Source of the DNA: an uncultured Methanosarcinales archaeon
Lineage (GTDB): Archaea; Nanobdellota; Nanobdellia; Woesearchaeales; JACJVW01
NCBI GenBank assembly: GCA_964473285.1
Contig: CAYYOI010000001.1
Coordinates: 1,689-65,688 of the forward strand
Direction: 5' to 3'
DNA length: 64,000 nucleotides
Shown here: positions 1-9,624 of the stretch, piece by piece
Layout of the letters: each line of letters begins with the position of its first letter
Numbering within the stretch: position 1 is the stretch's first letter
Made by a program: the position numbers and the translations under genes
The notes under the pieces: generated by a model
What the model was told of the DNA's origin: nothing
The model's database searches: none
Seen by the model: the letters and a program-made list of their open reading frames with translations, nothing else

Positions 1-21
1 AACCTCCGACAAGGTTCAAGT

Positions 22-1371
22 ATGGATTTTTCATTGCTACTGCTCATTGGCCGATATGCCCTTTTCATATTAATCATTCTTGGAGTTGTATTCTATAAGT
101 ACAGATGGTCACTCATAAGCAAGATCTCTTGTGTGATAGGATATGCGACTTTCCTTGGCATGATAATGACAATTATCAGTTTTAAGCTAGAAACATCAGT
201 AGTTGTTCGTATTATAATATTAGTACTTACTGGAATATTCGTCCTTCTTATGCCAATGATATTCCTTATAAAGCACATGATAATCAAGCCATTCTATGAC
301 ATGAAAAAGGAGATTGAAGTGCTTGCAAAAAAGGACCTTACCAAAAGCAAGGCAATATCACATACAGAAGATGAGTTCGGATCTATCGGAGCAAGCCTGG
401 AAGAACTAAAGAAAAATCTACGGGAAGTAATAAACAGCATAAAAAAGAATTCATCATCAAATGCAAATATCGCTGAAAACCTTTCATCCTCAAGCCAGGA
501 AGTGACAGCATCAACAGAAGAGGTCTCATCCACCCTCCATAATGTATCTGAGGAAACAAATAAACTTAAAGAGATAACTGAAAAGGATACAGAAGCACTT
601 TCTAAACTAACAAAAAAGGTGGAAGACAGCACAAACCAGCTTAATGAATCACGTGCCCGTCTTAATGACACCAAGGCAAAGACAGAAGAAGGTGCAAATT
701 ATGCAAACGAAGCAATCAAGAAGATTGGTGCAATAACAGATTCCTCCAATAAGACTGTTGATGTAATAAAAACACTGGAGGGAAAGTCAAGCACAATACC
801 AAAGATTGTTGATTCAATAAATGAAATATCCGAACAGACAAATCTTTTAGCACTTAATGCTGCAATCGAGGCTGCAAGAGCAGGAGAGGCAGGAAAGGGC
901 TTTGCAGTTGTTTCGGAAGAGATAAGAAAACTTGCTGAAGAAACCCAAAAATCCACAAAGCAGATATCTTCACTTATCGAAGAGATAGTTTCAAGCACTA
1001 AAGATGCAGTTCAGTCTGTCCAGAATACCAGTGAAGAAGTTGAATCAGGTTCAACTGTAATCAAAGGGGCTTTGCATTCGCTTGAAGAGATAAAAAACCT
1101 TGTGGATGAGGTCATGGGAACATTCAATAATCTTGAGGAAGAGATCCAGGAACAAGGACAACAGCAGAAGGAAGTCTTTGATAACCAAAAAAAGGTACAG
1201 GAATTTGTTACTTCTATCACACAGGCAATAAATGATATATCAACAGCTTCAGCTGAGACATCAACAGCAATGACTTCTGTTTCAGGTGAGGCACAAAAAC
1301 TTGCAGGGACAGCTGAGAACCTTTACGAATCAGTCACTCAATTCAAGACAAGCGTTGAAAAAAGGGATTAA
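22..1371 (+). CDS. Methyl-accepting chemotaxis protein: two N-terminal TM helices, a HAMP-like linker and an MCP signalling domain, with no large ligand-binding domain
   Basis: Highly conserved MCP signalling motif '[34 protein letters not shown]'. Heptad-rich coiled-coil. Hydrophobic N-terminus '[21 protein letters not shown]' plus a second TM. Confidence 0.9.
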   Translation: MDFSLLLLIGRYALFILIILGVVFYKYRWSLISKISCVIGYATFLGMIMTIISFKLETSVVVRIIILVLTGIFVLLMPMIFLIKHMIIKPFYDMKKEIEVLAKKDLTKSKAISHTEDEFGSIGASLEELKKNLREVINSIKKNSSSNANIAENLSSSSQEVTASTEEVSSTLHNVSEETNKLKEITEKDTEALSKLTKKVEDSTNQLNESRARLNDTKAKTEEGANYANEAIKKIGAITDSSNKTVDVIKTLEGKSSTIPKIVDSINEISEQTNLLALNAAIEAARAGEAGKGFAVVSEEIRKLAEETQKSTKQISSLIEEIVSSTKDAVQSVQNTSEEVESGSTVIKGALHSLEEIKNLVDEVMGTFNNLEEEIQEQGQQQKEVFDNQKKVQEFVTSITQAINDISTASAETSTAMTSVSGEAQKLAGTAENLYESVTQFKTSVEKRD

Positions 1372-1917
1372 ATGTTTGACCTTTCCAAGCAACAGGCATT
1401 ATCAAAACTTGACAAGAGCAAGAAAGGCTATATAGACGAGGAGATTCTTCCCCTGATAACTGCCTTGAACAAGAAAAAAAATTTCTATACCACTAGCAGT
1501 TGTGCAGGAAGGATAGTTCTTCTTGAGCTTCGTGGCAAAAAAAAGCATGATGCACACTGGATTTTCTGTTCCCATAAAAAGGCAGAGGGAATTGAATCTG
1601 AGATATCAGAATATCCTGTATGGTTCCGATACGATCCTCCAATAATACACCTGTCATGCAGGACACTCGAAGACGCGAAAATTTTCCTTGAAATAGCAAA
1701 AAATGCAGGTTTCAAGCACACAGGAATAATCTCCCTGGGAAGGATAATGGTTGAGCTTATAGGGTATGACAAGATTGCAACACTAGTCTCAAGGGATGGA
1801 AAGCCTCTTGTGGATAAGGAATATCTCAATATACTCACAGAGCTTGCAAACGAATGCATGGAAAGGAACAGGTTAAGGTTACAGGCACTCTACGAGAGTC
1901 TTGATAGACTTACCTAA
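1372..1917 (+). CDS. taw3: tRNA wybutosine/wyosine-derivative biosynthesis methyltransferase, TYW3/Taw3 family
   Basis: About 180 aa with the family-typical 'TTSSCAGRIVLLE' motif. The start abuts the MCP stop (1371/1372). Confidence 0.7.
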   Translation: MFDLSKQQALSKLDKSKKGYIDEEILPLITALNKKKNFYTTSSCAGRIVLLELRGKKKHDAHWIFCSHKKAEGIESEISEYPVWFRYDPPIIHLSCRTLEDAKIFLEIAKNAGFKHTGIISLGRIMVELIGYDKIATLVSRDGKPLVDKEYLNILTELANECMERNRLRLQALYESLDRLT

Positions 1918-1952
1918 AATCTTATAAATAGATACAGGTTGTATTTCTTCCA

Positions 1953-3866
1953 ATGATTCTAGGAAAGATAACCGGAAGAGTGACAACTTCTGAATTCAAT
2001 TTCCTTGTAGCGGAAAATCCTCAGAAATTTGATTATGTCCAGGTATATCATCGCGAATACGGGTATGTGCTATGCCAGATAATCGAGATTGAAAGGAAAG
2101 AGGGAGAGACTAAAGCAAAATGCACCATTCTTGGATATCTTGACCAGGGAAGGGTAAAGCCAATCAGGACCCCTTTTGAACCAGGATGCGAGGTACTTCC
2201 TGCGGAAGATAGCTTCATACAGGATGTTGTCAAGCTGGATAATGAGACAGGGGCATATCTTGGTTTTCTAGAAGGGAAAAAGATACCTATCCATATGGAC
2301 CTTAACAAACTGCTGACAAAACATGTAGCGATCCTTGCAAAGAGCGGTGCAGGAAAGTCTTACACTGTAGGCGTGTTATTGGAGGAGATTATGGAAAAGA
2401 ATGTCCCACTGCTCCTTATTGATCCCCATGGTGAGCATTCTGCAATGAAATACCCAAATGAAAAGGATGACCTGGAATCATTCGGGATAGTCAAGAAGGG
2501 ATTTCTTGACCAGATAGAGGAATATGGTGATACGAGCATAACACCAGACCTGCGACCACTCAAATTACAGGAGAAGATGAGCACACAGGAGTTATTGCAC
2601 CTGCTTCCGGCAAAACTAAGCGCAAACCAGCAGAATGTTTTGTATGCTGCCCTCAAGAATGTGGAGGAGCCAACTTTTGTCAGCATCCTGCAAGCGCTGG
2701 AGATGGAGGAGAATAATGCAAAATACAGTGTCATCAACATAATAGATTACCTTTACAATCTAGGCATCTTCTCACAGAGCAACACACCTTATGAAGAGCT
2801 TGTACGATCAGGTAGGTGCTCAATAATCAATCTCAAAGGAATAGAACCACAGATGCAGGAGATAATAGCCTCAAAATTGCTTTCTGATCTTTTTGAGTTG
2901 AGAAAAAAAGGGAAGATTCCTCCTTTCTTCACTTTCATTGAAGAGGCACATATATTTGCGCCTGAAAGGTCTTTTGGCGAGACAAAGGCATCCAGGATTC
3001 TCAGGACCATTGCTTCAGAAGGAAGGAAGTTCGGACTAGGCCTGGGTGTGGTCTCTCAGAGGCCTGCAAGGGTAGACAAATCCGTACTTTCACAATGCTC
3101 CACCCAACTTATCCTCAAAGTAACCAATCCAAACGATCTGCGGGCAATTTCAGCTTCAGTTGAGGGGCTTACCCCTGAAAGTGAAAAGGAGATAATCAAT
3201 CTTCCAATAGGGACGGCACTGGTCACAGGAGTTGTTGATGTGCCTCTTTTTGTTAGTGTCAGGCCAAGGAAAAGCAGGCATGGTGGAGAGGCTGTTGATA
3301 TGCTGGGAAATAATTTCCTTGATGAGATGGAAGATTTTGAGAATAAGGAACTGCTTCCTATAATCACTCCAAAGATATCAGGAAAGGAACTGGAGATAAT
3401 CCACGAGAATCCCATAGAAAAGACAAGACTGATACCTGCAGCCCATATAGTATGTAAGGGAGAGAGTGAATTCAAGCTTTTAGTTGACCTGCATAACGGA
3501 GGGATTGTACATGAGGATGCAATCTATTACCTGCCTGATGTTGACTCACTCACAAGGGAAGAACTGGGTTTCCTGAAGAGGGTATTCAGGGAAAAGCGCC
3601 TGCAATCAGAACTTGCCCCAAAAAGCCTCCTTGAGAGGGGATATGTAATCAAAGAGAGAGGTGATTACTTACTCAACCCAAGCTATGTATTCTCGAGACT
3701 TGAAGGAAAAAGAGATTTTCAGGCAGTCGAGTTCCAGGCAATCAAATATGATGAGATTGCAGAAGAGTCTTTTGATATAGGGGAGATGAAAGAAAAGATA
3801 GGCAGGTTCGTGTCAGTTCTAGATGAGCAGAGGTGTTATTATGTTGAATATCATCTTCCAAAATAA
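1953..3866 (+). CDS. HerA/FtsK-superfamily (DUF87-like) ATPase with a ~200-aa C-terminal extension
   Basis: Walker A 'AKSGAGKSYTVGV'. Walker B 'FTFIEEAHIFAP'. 'GLGLGVVSQRPARVDKSVLSQCSTQLILKVTNPND' resembles the HerA/FtsK Q-R motif region. The N-terminal beta-rich region is compatible with a HAS-barrel. Confidence 0.75.
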   Translation: MILGKITGRVTTSEFNFLVAENPQKFDYVQVYHREYGYVLCQIIEIERKEGETKAKCTILGYLDQGRVKPIRTPFEPGCEVLPAEDSFIQDVVKLDNETGAYLGFLEGKKIPIHMDLNKLLTKHVAILAKSGAGKSYTVGVLLEEIMEKNVPLLLIDPHGEHSAMKYPNEKDDLESFGIVKKGFLDQIEEYGDTSITPDLRPLKLQEKMSTQELLHLLPAKLSANQQNVLYAALKNVEEPTFVSILQALEMEENNAKYSVINIIDYLYNLGIFSQSNTPYEELVRSGRCSIINLKGIEPQMQEIIASKLLSDLFELRKKGKIPPFFTFIEEAHIFAPERSFGETKASRILRTIASEGRKFGLGLGVVSQRPARVDKSVLSQCSTQLILKVTNPNDLRAISASVEGLTPESEKEIINLPIGTALVTGVVDVPLFVSVRPRKSRHGGEAVDMLGNNFLDEMEDFENKELLPIITPKISGKELEIIHENPIEKTRLIPAAHIVCKGESEFKLLVDLHNGGIVHEDAIYYLPDVDSLTREELGFLKRVFREKRLQSELAPKSLLERGYVIKERGDYLLNPSYVFSRLEGKRDFQAVEFQAIKYDEIAEESFDIGEMKEKIGRFVSVLDEQRCYYVEYHLPK

Positions 3867-3895
3867 TTATATAGCATCACTAATTCTGTAAAAAT

Positions 3896-4849
3896 ATGAA
3901 CCTTCTTATTGTTGATGATGATAAGAAAACTCTGAATACTCTGGAGGAGGCATTATCAGATTATCCTCTGAGATTTGCCAGGACTTCAAAACAGGCATCA
4001 ACAATCCTGCAAAAAGGAATCATAGATGTTGCTCTTCTTAGCGTATCTATGAAGGATTATCTGGACCTTTTCACTAATACTATCATAAATGGATCATATC
4101 CTTTCGTAATGGTAAGAGAGACAGACGCAAAGGCAACTGTAGAGGCTTTCAGAAATGGTGCAAGTGATGTCATAACAAAACCAATAGATTTTGATTACCT
4201 GAAACAAAGGATTGAAGGTATCGCCTCAAATACAGAGAGCCATGTACTAAGGAATTATGAGAGGATGATGATGTATGAGATGCCTTATGTAATGGGTCAT
4301 CAGAATGAGGCAAGAAACCATGTGAGATGGCTTTGGCATGATGTGGGAAAAGAGTTGTATGATGAATTTTTCGATTCTTATGATGAGGATTTCGAGCGTC
4401 TTAGCCTGCTTGAGGCATGCTCGCTTCATGATATCGGGAAACTATCAATACCTCAGCATATAAGGGACAAAAAAGGCAAACTGACACAAACAGAGAAAGA
4501 TAAGGTACGGGCGCATCCTGTAATTGGATCAAAGATGCTACAGGGAATAAGAGGTTATGAAAGAGCAGCACAAATAATCAGGGAACATCATGAATATTAT
4601 GATGGGAGTGGGTATCCTGAAGGAAAGAAAGGAAAAGATATTGACCCTGGAGCAAGAATACTTTGTCCTGTAGAGACTTTGCTCGGATACATGCATTATA
4701 AGCCGTATCGTGGCAAAGGAATGCCTTTTGAAGAGGCCTGCAATATGTTCTTTCTAGAGCACAGGAAGTATGATCCAAGGGTTGTGGAGGTTTATCACCA
4801 CTACATAGAGAATAACTTTTTAAATAGGAGTGTACTTGCAATAGCATAA
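3896..4849 (+). CDS. Degenerate CheY-like receiver (phospho-acceptor Asp replaced by Ser) fused to an HD-GYP phosphohydrolase domain
   Basis: N-terminus 'LLIVDDDKK...IDVALLSVSM' with Ser where the receiver Asp is expected. 'CSLHDIGKL' is the HD motif. 'HHEYYDGSGYPEG' is the GYP motif. Confidence 0.75.
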   Translation: MNLLIVDDDKKTLNTLEEALSDYPLRFARTSKQASTILQKGIIDVALLSVSMKDYLDLFTNTIINGSYPFVMVRETDAKATVEAFRNGASDVITKPIDFDYLKQRIEGIASNTESHVLRNYERMMMYEMPYVMGHQNEARNHVRWLWHDVGKELYDEFFDSYDEDFERLSLLEACSLHDIGKLSIPQHIRDKKGKLTQTEKDKVRAHPVIGSKMLQGIRGYERAAQIIREHHEYYDGSGYPEGKKGKDIDPGARILCPVETLLGYMHYKPYRGKGMPFEEACNMFFLEHRKYDPRVVEVYHHYIENNFLNRSVLAIA

Positions 4850-4850
4850 A

Positions 4851-7523
4851 ATGAAAATTGTTGGTGCAAATGAGAATGCCCGTCAGCCTCTGGATGACGT
4901 GATTGCTCTGCAGGATCATCTTCTTTCACTTAATGACCTTCCTATTGAACTTCTTGAAAGATACTGTGAAGAGGGGCAGTTTGTTGTTGGATATAATGCA
5001 ATCAAGCAATTCAGGAATGAGCTTGAAAAGAAAGTAGGCTCTGAGATAGAAGGGATGCTTGAATCATACCTGAACCATGCTTTTCCAGGAAAAAAGCTTT
5101 GCCTTGAGCCACAATATGTAGAAAAGGATAATATAACTTTCATGAGATATGAGTTGGGGGATAAAACACCTATAAAAGAGGTGAATATCCGTATAAAAAA
5201 GCGCCTGTTCGAATCACTTCTGAGGAATAATCTGAGGAATGAATCAGTGCTTGACCTGATCGGCATGGAATTCAATATTCATGACCCTTCTTTTGAAGGG
5301 AGCCCTTCAAAAAAACAAAGAGATAAGGAAAAAGGCATGACATATGAGATTGCATCTGACTTCCTTAAATCTTTGACAGGCATGGGAGAAATAAGGCCTT
5401 TTAGCTATATCCAGCATTACAAGACAACTAGTTTCTTCAATGAGCAGTTCAACACTAACTTGGAAGCTTGTGGGCTACACCAGAAGATTGTACATAAGAA
5501 CATAAATTACTACCTGAATATCCTGCATTTCCAGGATGAACAGTTCCAGAAAGTGATCAGTGACTTTTTCCAGGAGTTCCCGAAAGAGAAGAGGGATGTT
5601 GAGGGATTTGATTGTGCTTGGACACATCTGGACGGCGCTTCAAGAGAATGTTTCATAGGCATGAAAGATAATCTCCTGGTTGATATAGAGACAAAACCAA
5701 TCTATCAGAGCTGGCCTTACATGGATGCAATTATAGATAATGTTCTTCCTGTAATAGTGGAGAATCATGAAAGAACCTCTGCTGCACTTGATGAGATTAT
5801 TAATGGAATGTTGCCTAATGGATGGAAGCTGGGAAAGATGATTCCTGTTAGTGGAGAATTCAATGAACACCTTCTTTCAGTCCCAAAAGACAATGAGGTG
5901 AATATATATCATTACAGGGAAGAGGGTGAAAAGCACGTCTCATACAGGATAAGACAGGAAAAACCCAGACGTTTCAAGATGAAGCATACTGATCATGCTT
6001 ACAGGCTTGATGACTTTTATCTTATAAAGAAAGATAATCTTGTCCTGGAGATTCCAGCAGATACAGATAAGGATGCAAGGAGGATTGCAAAGAAACTTGA
6101 TCAATATTCACCAAATATCAACTCTGTCAGGCAGCTAAGGATAAAGAAAGGAACTATACCTCTTGATTTCAGGATACACAATGTGCGCCAGAACAACCGT
6201 TTCCTGAGCAGATATATGATATTTGAGCCTTTTGAAGAACTAAACAACGAGTTCACGATAATAGACAGATATGCAAACCCTAAACAAAAAAAGAATCCAA
6301 AGACGAATAAGACAGATACTTACAAGGATTACCAAGCTCTCGTGGTCACTTCAAAGGGAAGGGTGATAGAATGCCAGTTCAAGGACAGGTGGACTCATAA
6401 GGATAATGAGAAAGGCTGCCTGAACCATAAGGCATATGTAAAGAAACAGCAGAAGGATCTTGAGAACTATCCTGAGATAATGATGTTTTGCAAGGCACTT
6501 CAGACAGGCAAACCTGACCCTGAACTGCTGGGGCTATTCAGAGCATCAAGGTTCAGGAAAAGGTTTGATAACTATATGAACATGATTCAGGCTTGCTCAA
6601 TCGGCGAGATGGTAAATGAGACAGAGAGAATGATTGCCCTTTACAAAGAGATCAAACCTATGGAGGGGCAAGAGGAATCCATTAAAGAGCTTGAGACAAT
6701 GCTTATAGAAACACCTCTCAATTTTATCGCCTCACAGATTGAAAGACCAGATTACATCCCAAGAACCCTTGTTCTGAATCAGGTATTAAAGACCCATGGT
6801 ATAGCTGAATGGGAAGAAGATTTTTTGGTGGATTATGCTTTGAGTGAAGAGATAGAGAGCCTGAAAGGAAGGATCGGGAAGGCATCCTTTACAACTATAC
6901 ATGATGAGATAATAGAAAGGCTTCCTTCTTTTGCAATGAACATGAAAACTTATGTAAAAAATGATTATGATGCACATAGTGAATTATCTTACCTGGCAAT
7001 CAGCTATACAATGTCATCGGTGATGAGAATAAGAGAGACACCTATAACAAAGGTTTTACCATTGATCCTTGATCCTGATTCTACCATGAAGCAAGCCATG
7101 GGTATGATACAGGAAGTAAGCCAAAGTTTCGGAATTGATTATGATATGGAAAATAGCTTACATGAGATAGCTTATGCTGCACAACAACAGATTGCCTCAA
7201 GAGCAAAAGAGGCTTTCCAAGCATGCGCTACATGCAGCAGGACTGAAGGCATATACAGGAGCATGGTAGGGTTTACACTTTATTCTGACCTGAAAAAGAT
7301 TGAGGAAATGCTTCCTTTGAAGTTCTCAGAAGAAATACACAATACAAGTTTCTATTTTGACAGGAACCACCTAGTATATCTTCCAAAAGGGATGCTTTAC
7401 AATGATATACCAAGAGGCAAGAAAACGAACATGAATCTGCTCAAGAAAGTTTCAAAGGAATTCACAGGCGACCCTGATTATGCAGATCATGTGAAAGAAG
7501 TCATGAATAGCCTGAAATACTGA
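4851..7523 (+). CDS. Large hypothetical protein, 890 aa, no recognisable family. Possible PD-(D/E)xK-like 'HLDG...LLVDIETK' segment.
   Basis: Long uninterrupted ORF. It starts 2 nt after the HD-GYP stop, so it is probably co-transcribed. No motifs I can assign confidently. Confidence 0.55.
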   Translation: MKIVGANENARQPLDDVIALQDHLLSLNDLPIELLERYCEEGQFVVGYNAIKQFRNELEKKVGSEIEGMLESYLNHAFPGKKLCLEPQYVEKDNITFMRYELGDKTPIKEVNIRIKKRLFESLLRNNLRNESVLDLIGMEFNIHDPSFEGSPSKKQRDKEKGMTYEIASDFLKSLTGMGEIRPFSYIQHYKTTSFFNEQFNTNLEACGLHQKIVHKNINYYLNILHFQDEQFQKVISDFFQEFPKEKRDVEGFDCAWTHLDGASRECFIGMKDNLLVDIETKPIYQSWPYMDAIIDNVLPVIVENHERTSAALDEIINGMLPNGWKLGKMIPVSGEFNEHLLSVPKDNEVNIYHYREEGEKHVSYRIRQEKPRRFKMKHTDHAYRLDDFYLIKKDNLVLEIPADTDKDARRIAKKLDQYSPNINSVRQLRIKKGTIPLDFRIHNVRQNNRFLSRYMIFEPFEELNNEFTIIDRYANPKQKKNPKTNKTDTYKDYQALVVTSKGRVIECQFKDRWTHKDNEKGCLNHKAYVKKQQKDLENYPEIMMFCKALQTGKPDPELLGLFRASRFRKRFDNYMNMIQACSIGEMVNETERMIALYKEIKPMEGQEESIKELETMLIETPLNFIASQIERPDYIPRTLVLNQVLKTHGIAEWEEDFLVDYALSEEIESLKGRIGKASFTTIHDEIIERLPSFAMNMKTYVKNDYDAHSELSYLAISYTMSSVMRIRETPITKVLPLILDPDSTMKQAMGMIQEVSQSFGIDYDMENSLHEIAYAAQQQIASRAKEAFQACATCSRTEGIYRSMVGFTLYSDLKKIEEMLPLKFSEEIHNTSFYFDRNHLVYLPKGMLYNDIPRGKKTNMNLLKKVSKEFTGDPDYADHVKEVMNSLKY

Positions 7524-8519
7524 TTATTCCCAGTCCTTTCTAAGTTCTCTGTTGTGTTCTTTTATGTTGTCTCCAAGGACTGCATGCCCGCTCATATCAG
7601 GGGAATACCTGCTTGCAGGAACAATCCTTCCCAGTCGCTCGGCCATGGTACGGATGAAATGAGGAGATCCACCGCAGCAGAGACCTATATAGTTGATGCC
7701 AATATCCTTTGCTTCCTTGGCAAAGTCCGCGCATTCCCTGCGATTGAGGAGAAAGTGTTCAAGGTTAACAGGCCAGTCACTTGTCTCATCTTTTAATTTC
7801 TGGAAATTCTTATGCTGTTCATCAGTAGAATATGGGACCGGCAATGCGGCAACATGACCTGATACAGTGTTGCGGATATCTTTTAGCAAGGGCATCATTG
7901 TTGCCGGGCCCCTACCACAATTAAGCCCTACCACGTCTGCTCCTTTCTCTTCAAGAATCCTGCAGGCTTCAGCCCAGGTATGATTGTCTGCTGTCTTTTC
8001 ATGGAAAGGTGCAAGAGTAACAACCGCCAAAAGACCATGGGATCTGATCACTTCAAGGGCGATGAGTGCTTCTCCCAGATAGAAGAAGGTCTCAGCTATC
8101 ACGAAATCAACACCTTCCTCTTTTGCCCATCTTACCTGTTCATCAAAGATTGCGCGTACGCTCTCATGGGTAGATTGGTCGTTTGGATCATAGACCCAGG
8201 TATTGCAGATGTTTCCGGCGCATAGCTTGTCACCTGCAGCAGCCCGTGCAATCCGGAGTGCCTGCCTGTTCAAGCTTTCAAGCTCATCCTCACGACCAAT
8301 GCCTTTGAGCTTGTCACGATGACCATAATATGTGAATGCGACAGATACATCTGAACCGCATGCCATGAATTCTTCATGGAGTTGTTGAAGCGCTTTTGGA
8401 TTGTCAAGGACAACTTCTGGGACAAAAGGGCCTGCCTTGAGGTGGCCTCGTCTTTCAAGTTCAAAGAGATATCCTTCAGCACAGATTATCCCTTTTTCTA
8501 TTTGTTGTTTGAAATCCAT
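7524..8519 (-). CDS. Homocysteine S-methyltransferase family protein, PF02574-like
   Basis: 'VVGLNCGRGP' and C-terminal 'GLCCGGSPHF' Cys cluster typical of the Hcy-binding zinc site. About 330 aa. Confidence 0.65.
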   Translation of the reverse strand: MDFKQQIEKGIICAEGYLFELERRGHLKAGPFVPEVVLDNPKALQQLHEEFMACGSDVSVAFTYYGHRDKLKGIGREDELESLNRQALRIARAAAGDKLCAGNICNTWVYDPNDQSTHESVRAIFDEQVRWAKEEGVDFVIAETFFYLGEALIALEVIRSHGLLAVVTLAPFHEKTADNHTWAEACRILEEKGADVVGLNCGRGPATMMPLLKDIRNTVSGHVAALPVPYSTDEQHKNFQKLKDETSDWPVNLEHFLLNRRECADFAKEAKDIGINYIGLCCGGSPHFIRTMAERLGRIVPASRYSPDMSGHAVLGDNIKEHNRELRKDWE

Positions 8520-9592
8520 CAGAAATCATTCAGATTCTTGTTCTTCTTGCGATGCACGTAAGTTGTGTTGCCGGCGGTTCCTCCACCTGTTTTTGTGGTC
8601 TCTATGAATCTTGCTTTCTCCAGTTTCTCGATCTTACGCTGGAAGGTCTTTGAGGTCTTATCACCACCCTGTTCCTTATAGATCCGGTAAAGATCACCTA
8701 TCCTCTTTCCGGTGTTCTCCTTTATTATGTTAAGTATAAGCTGGGAGTCCTCCTCAAGATCAGTTGATTTTTTTATGGAGAATTCCTCAAGTTTCTTTAT
8801 TGCCTGGGTGGCATGCTCTGAAGTAATCCTGCGGGAAGAGACTTCCTCTGCACAACGACCTGACTCACGGAGAAGATATATTCCCTGGCGGACATCACCA
8901 AGCTCAAAAGCTTTTTCCACTATCAGATCAAATGCCTCATCTTCCCATACGTCCTGGTAGAATGCATACTTGACCCTTTCCTTGAGAATGTCGGTTATCT
9001 CACGGGCACTGTATTTCTCGAACTCAAGGGTATCGGGAGTAAGGCGTGACTTGACCCTGCCGTCAAGATGGATTATCCATTCCTTGTAGTTGGTTATCAA
9101 AAGAAGGGATTTCTTGAATATCTCTTCACTGATCATATAGAGGAAATCATCGTCTTCAAGCTTATCCACCTCGTCAAAGGCAAAAACTGCACTCTTCTTG
9201 TTGTTTATTATACCTTTTGCTACCCTAAAGAGCTCATCTGTCTTCTTGTTCTGGGTAAAACGATAACCCAACTGATCGCATATCTCAACTATGACCTTAT
9301 AGCTTGTATTTTTCTGCCAGCAATTGATATAGATGGGAAAAACGTCCTCTGTCTCATCTTCGAGATCACGAAGGACCCACCTTGTTGCAGCAGTCTTTCC
9401 TATTCCAGGGTCTCCGTATATGAAAAGGTTTTTTCCGTTACGTGACTGGATAAGCGGAGCTATGCATGCAGCAATGTATTTTTGCTTCTCTTCCCTATGG
9501 GGGAGAAGTTTAGGAACAAAATCATAATCAAGAGCAAGCTCATTACTAAATAGGGTCTCATCATCCTTTAACATATCCTTAAAAAGACTCAT
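8519..9592 (-). CDS. Orc1/Cdc6 replication initiator paralog
   Basis: AAA+ Walker A 'YGDPGIGKTAATRWV', Walker B 'FAFDEVDKL', and a C-terminal winged-helix region. 357 aa. Confidence 0.85.
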   Translation of the reverse strand: MSLFKDMLKDDETLFSNELALDYDFVPKLLPHREEKQKYIAACIAPLIQSRNGKNLFIYGDPGIGKTAATRWVLRDLEDETEDVFPIYINCWQKNTSYKVIVEICDQLGYRFTQNKKTDELFRVAKGIINNKKSAVFAFDEVDKLEDDDFLYMISEEIFKKSLLLITNYKEWIIHLDGRVKSRLTPDTLEFEKYSAREITDILKERVKYAFYQDVWEDEAFDLIVEKAFELGDVRQGIYLLRESGRCAEEVSSRRITSEHATQAIKKLEEFSIKKSTDLEEDSQLILNIIKENTGKRIGDLYRIYKEQGGDKTSKTFQRKIEKLEKARFIETTKTGGGTAGNTTYVHRKKNKNLNDF

Positions 9593-9624
9593 GATCTACA
9601 GCAAGGAAGCTTTCTTTAAATAGT

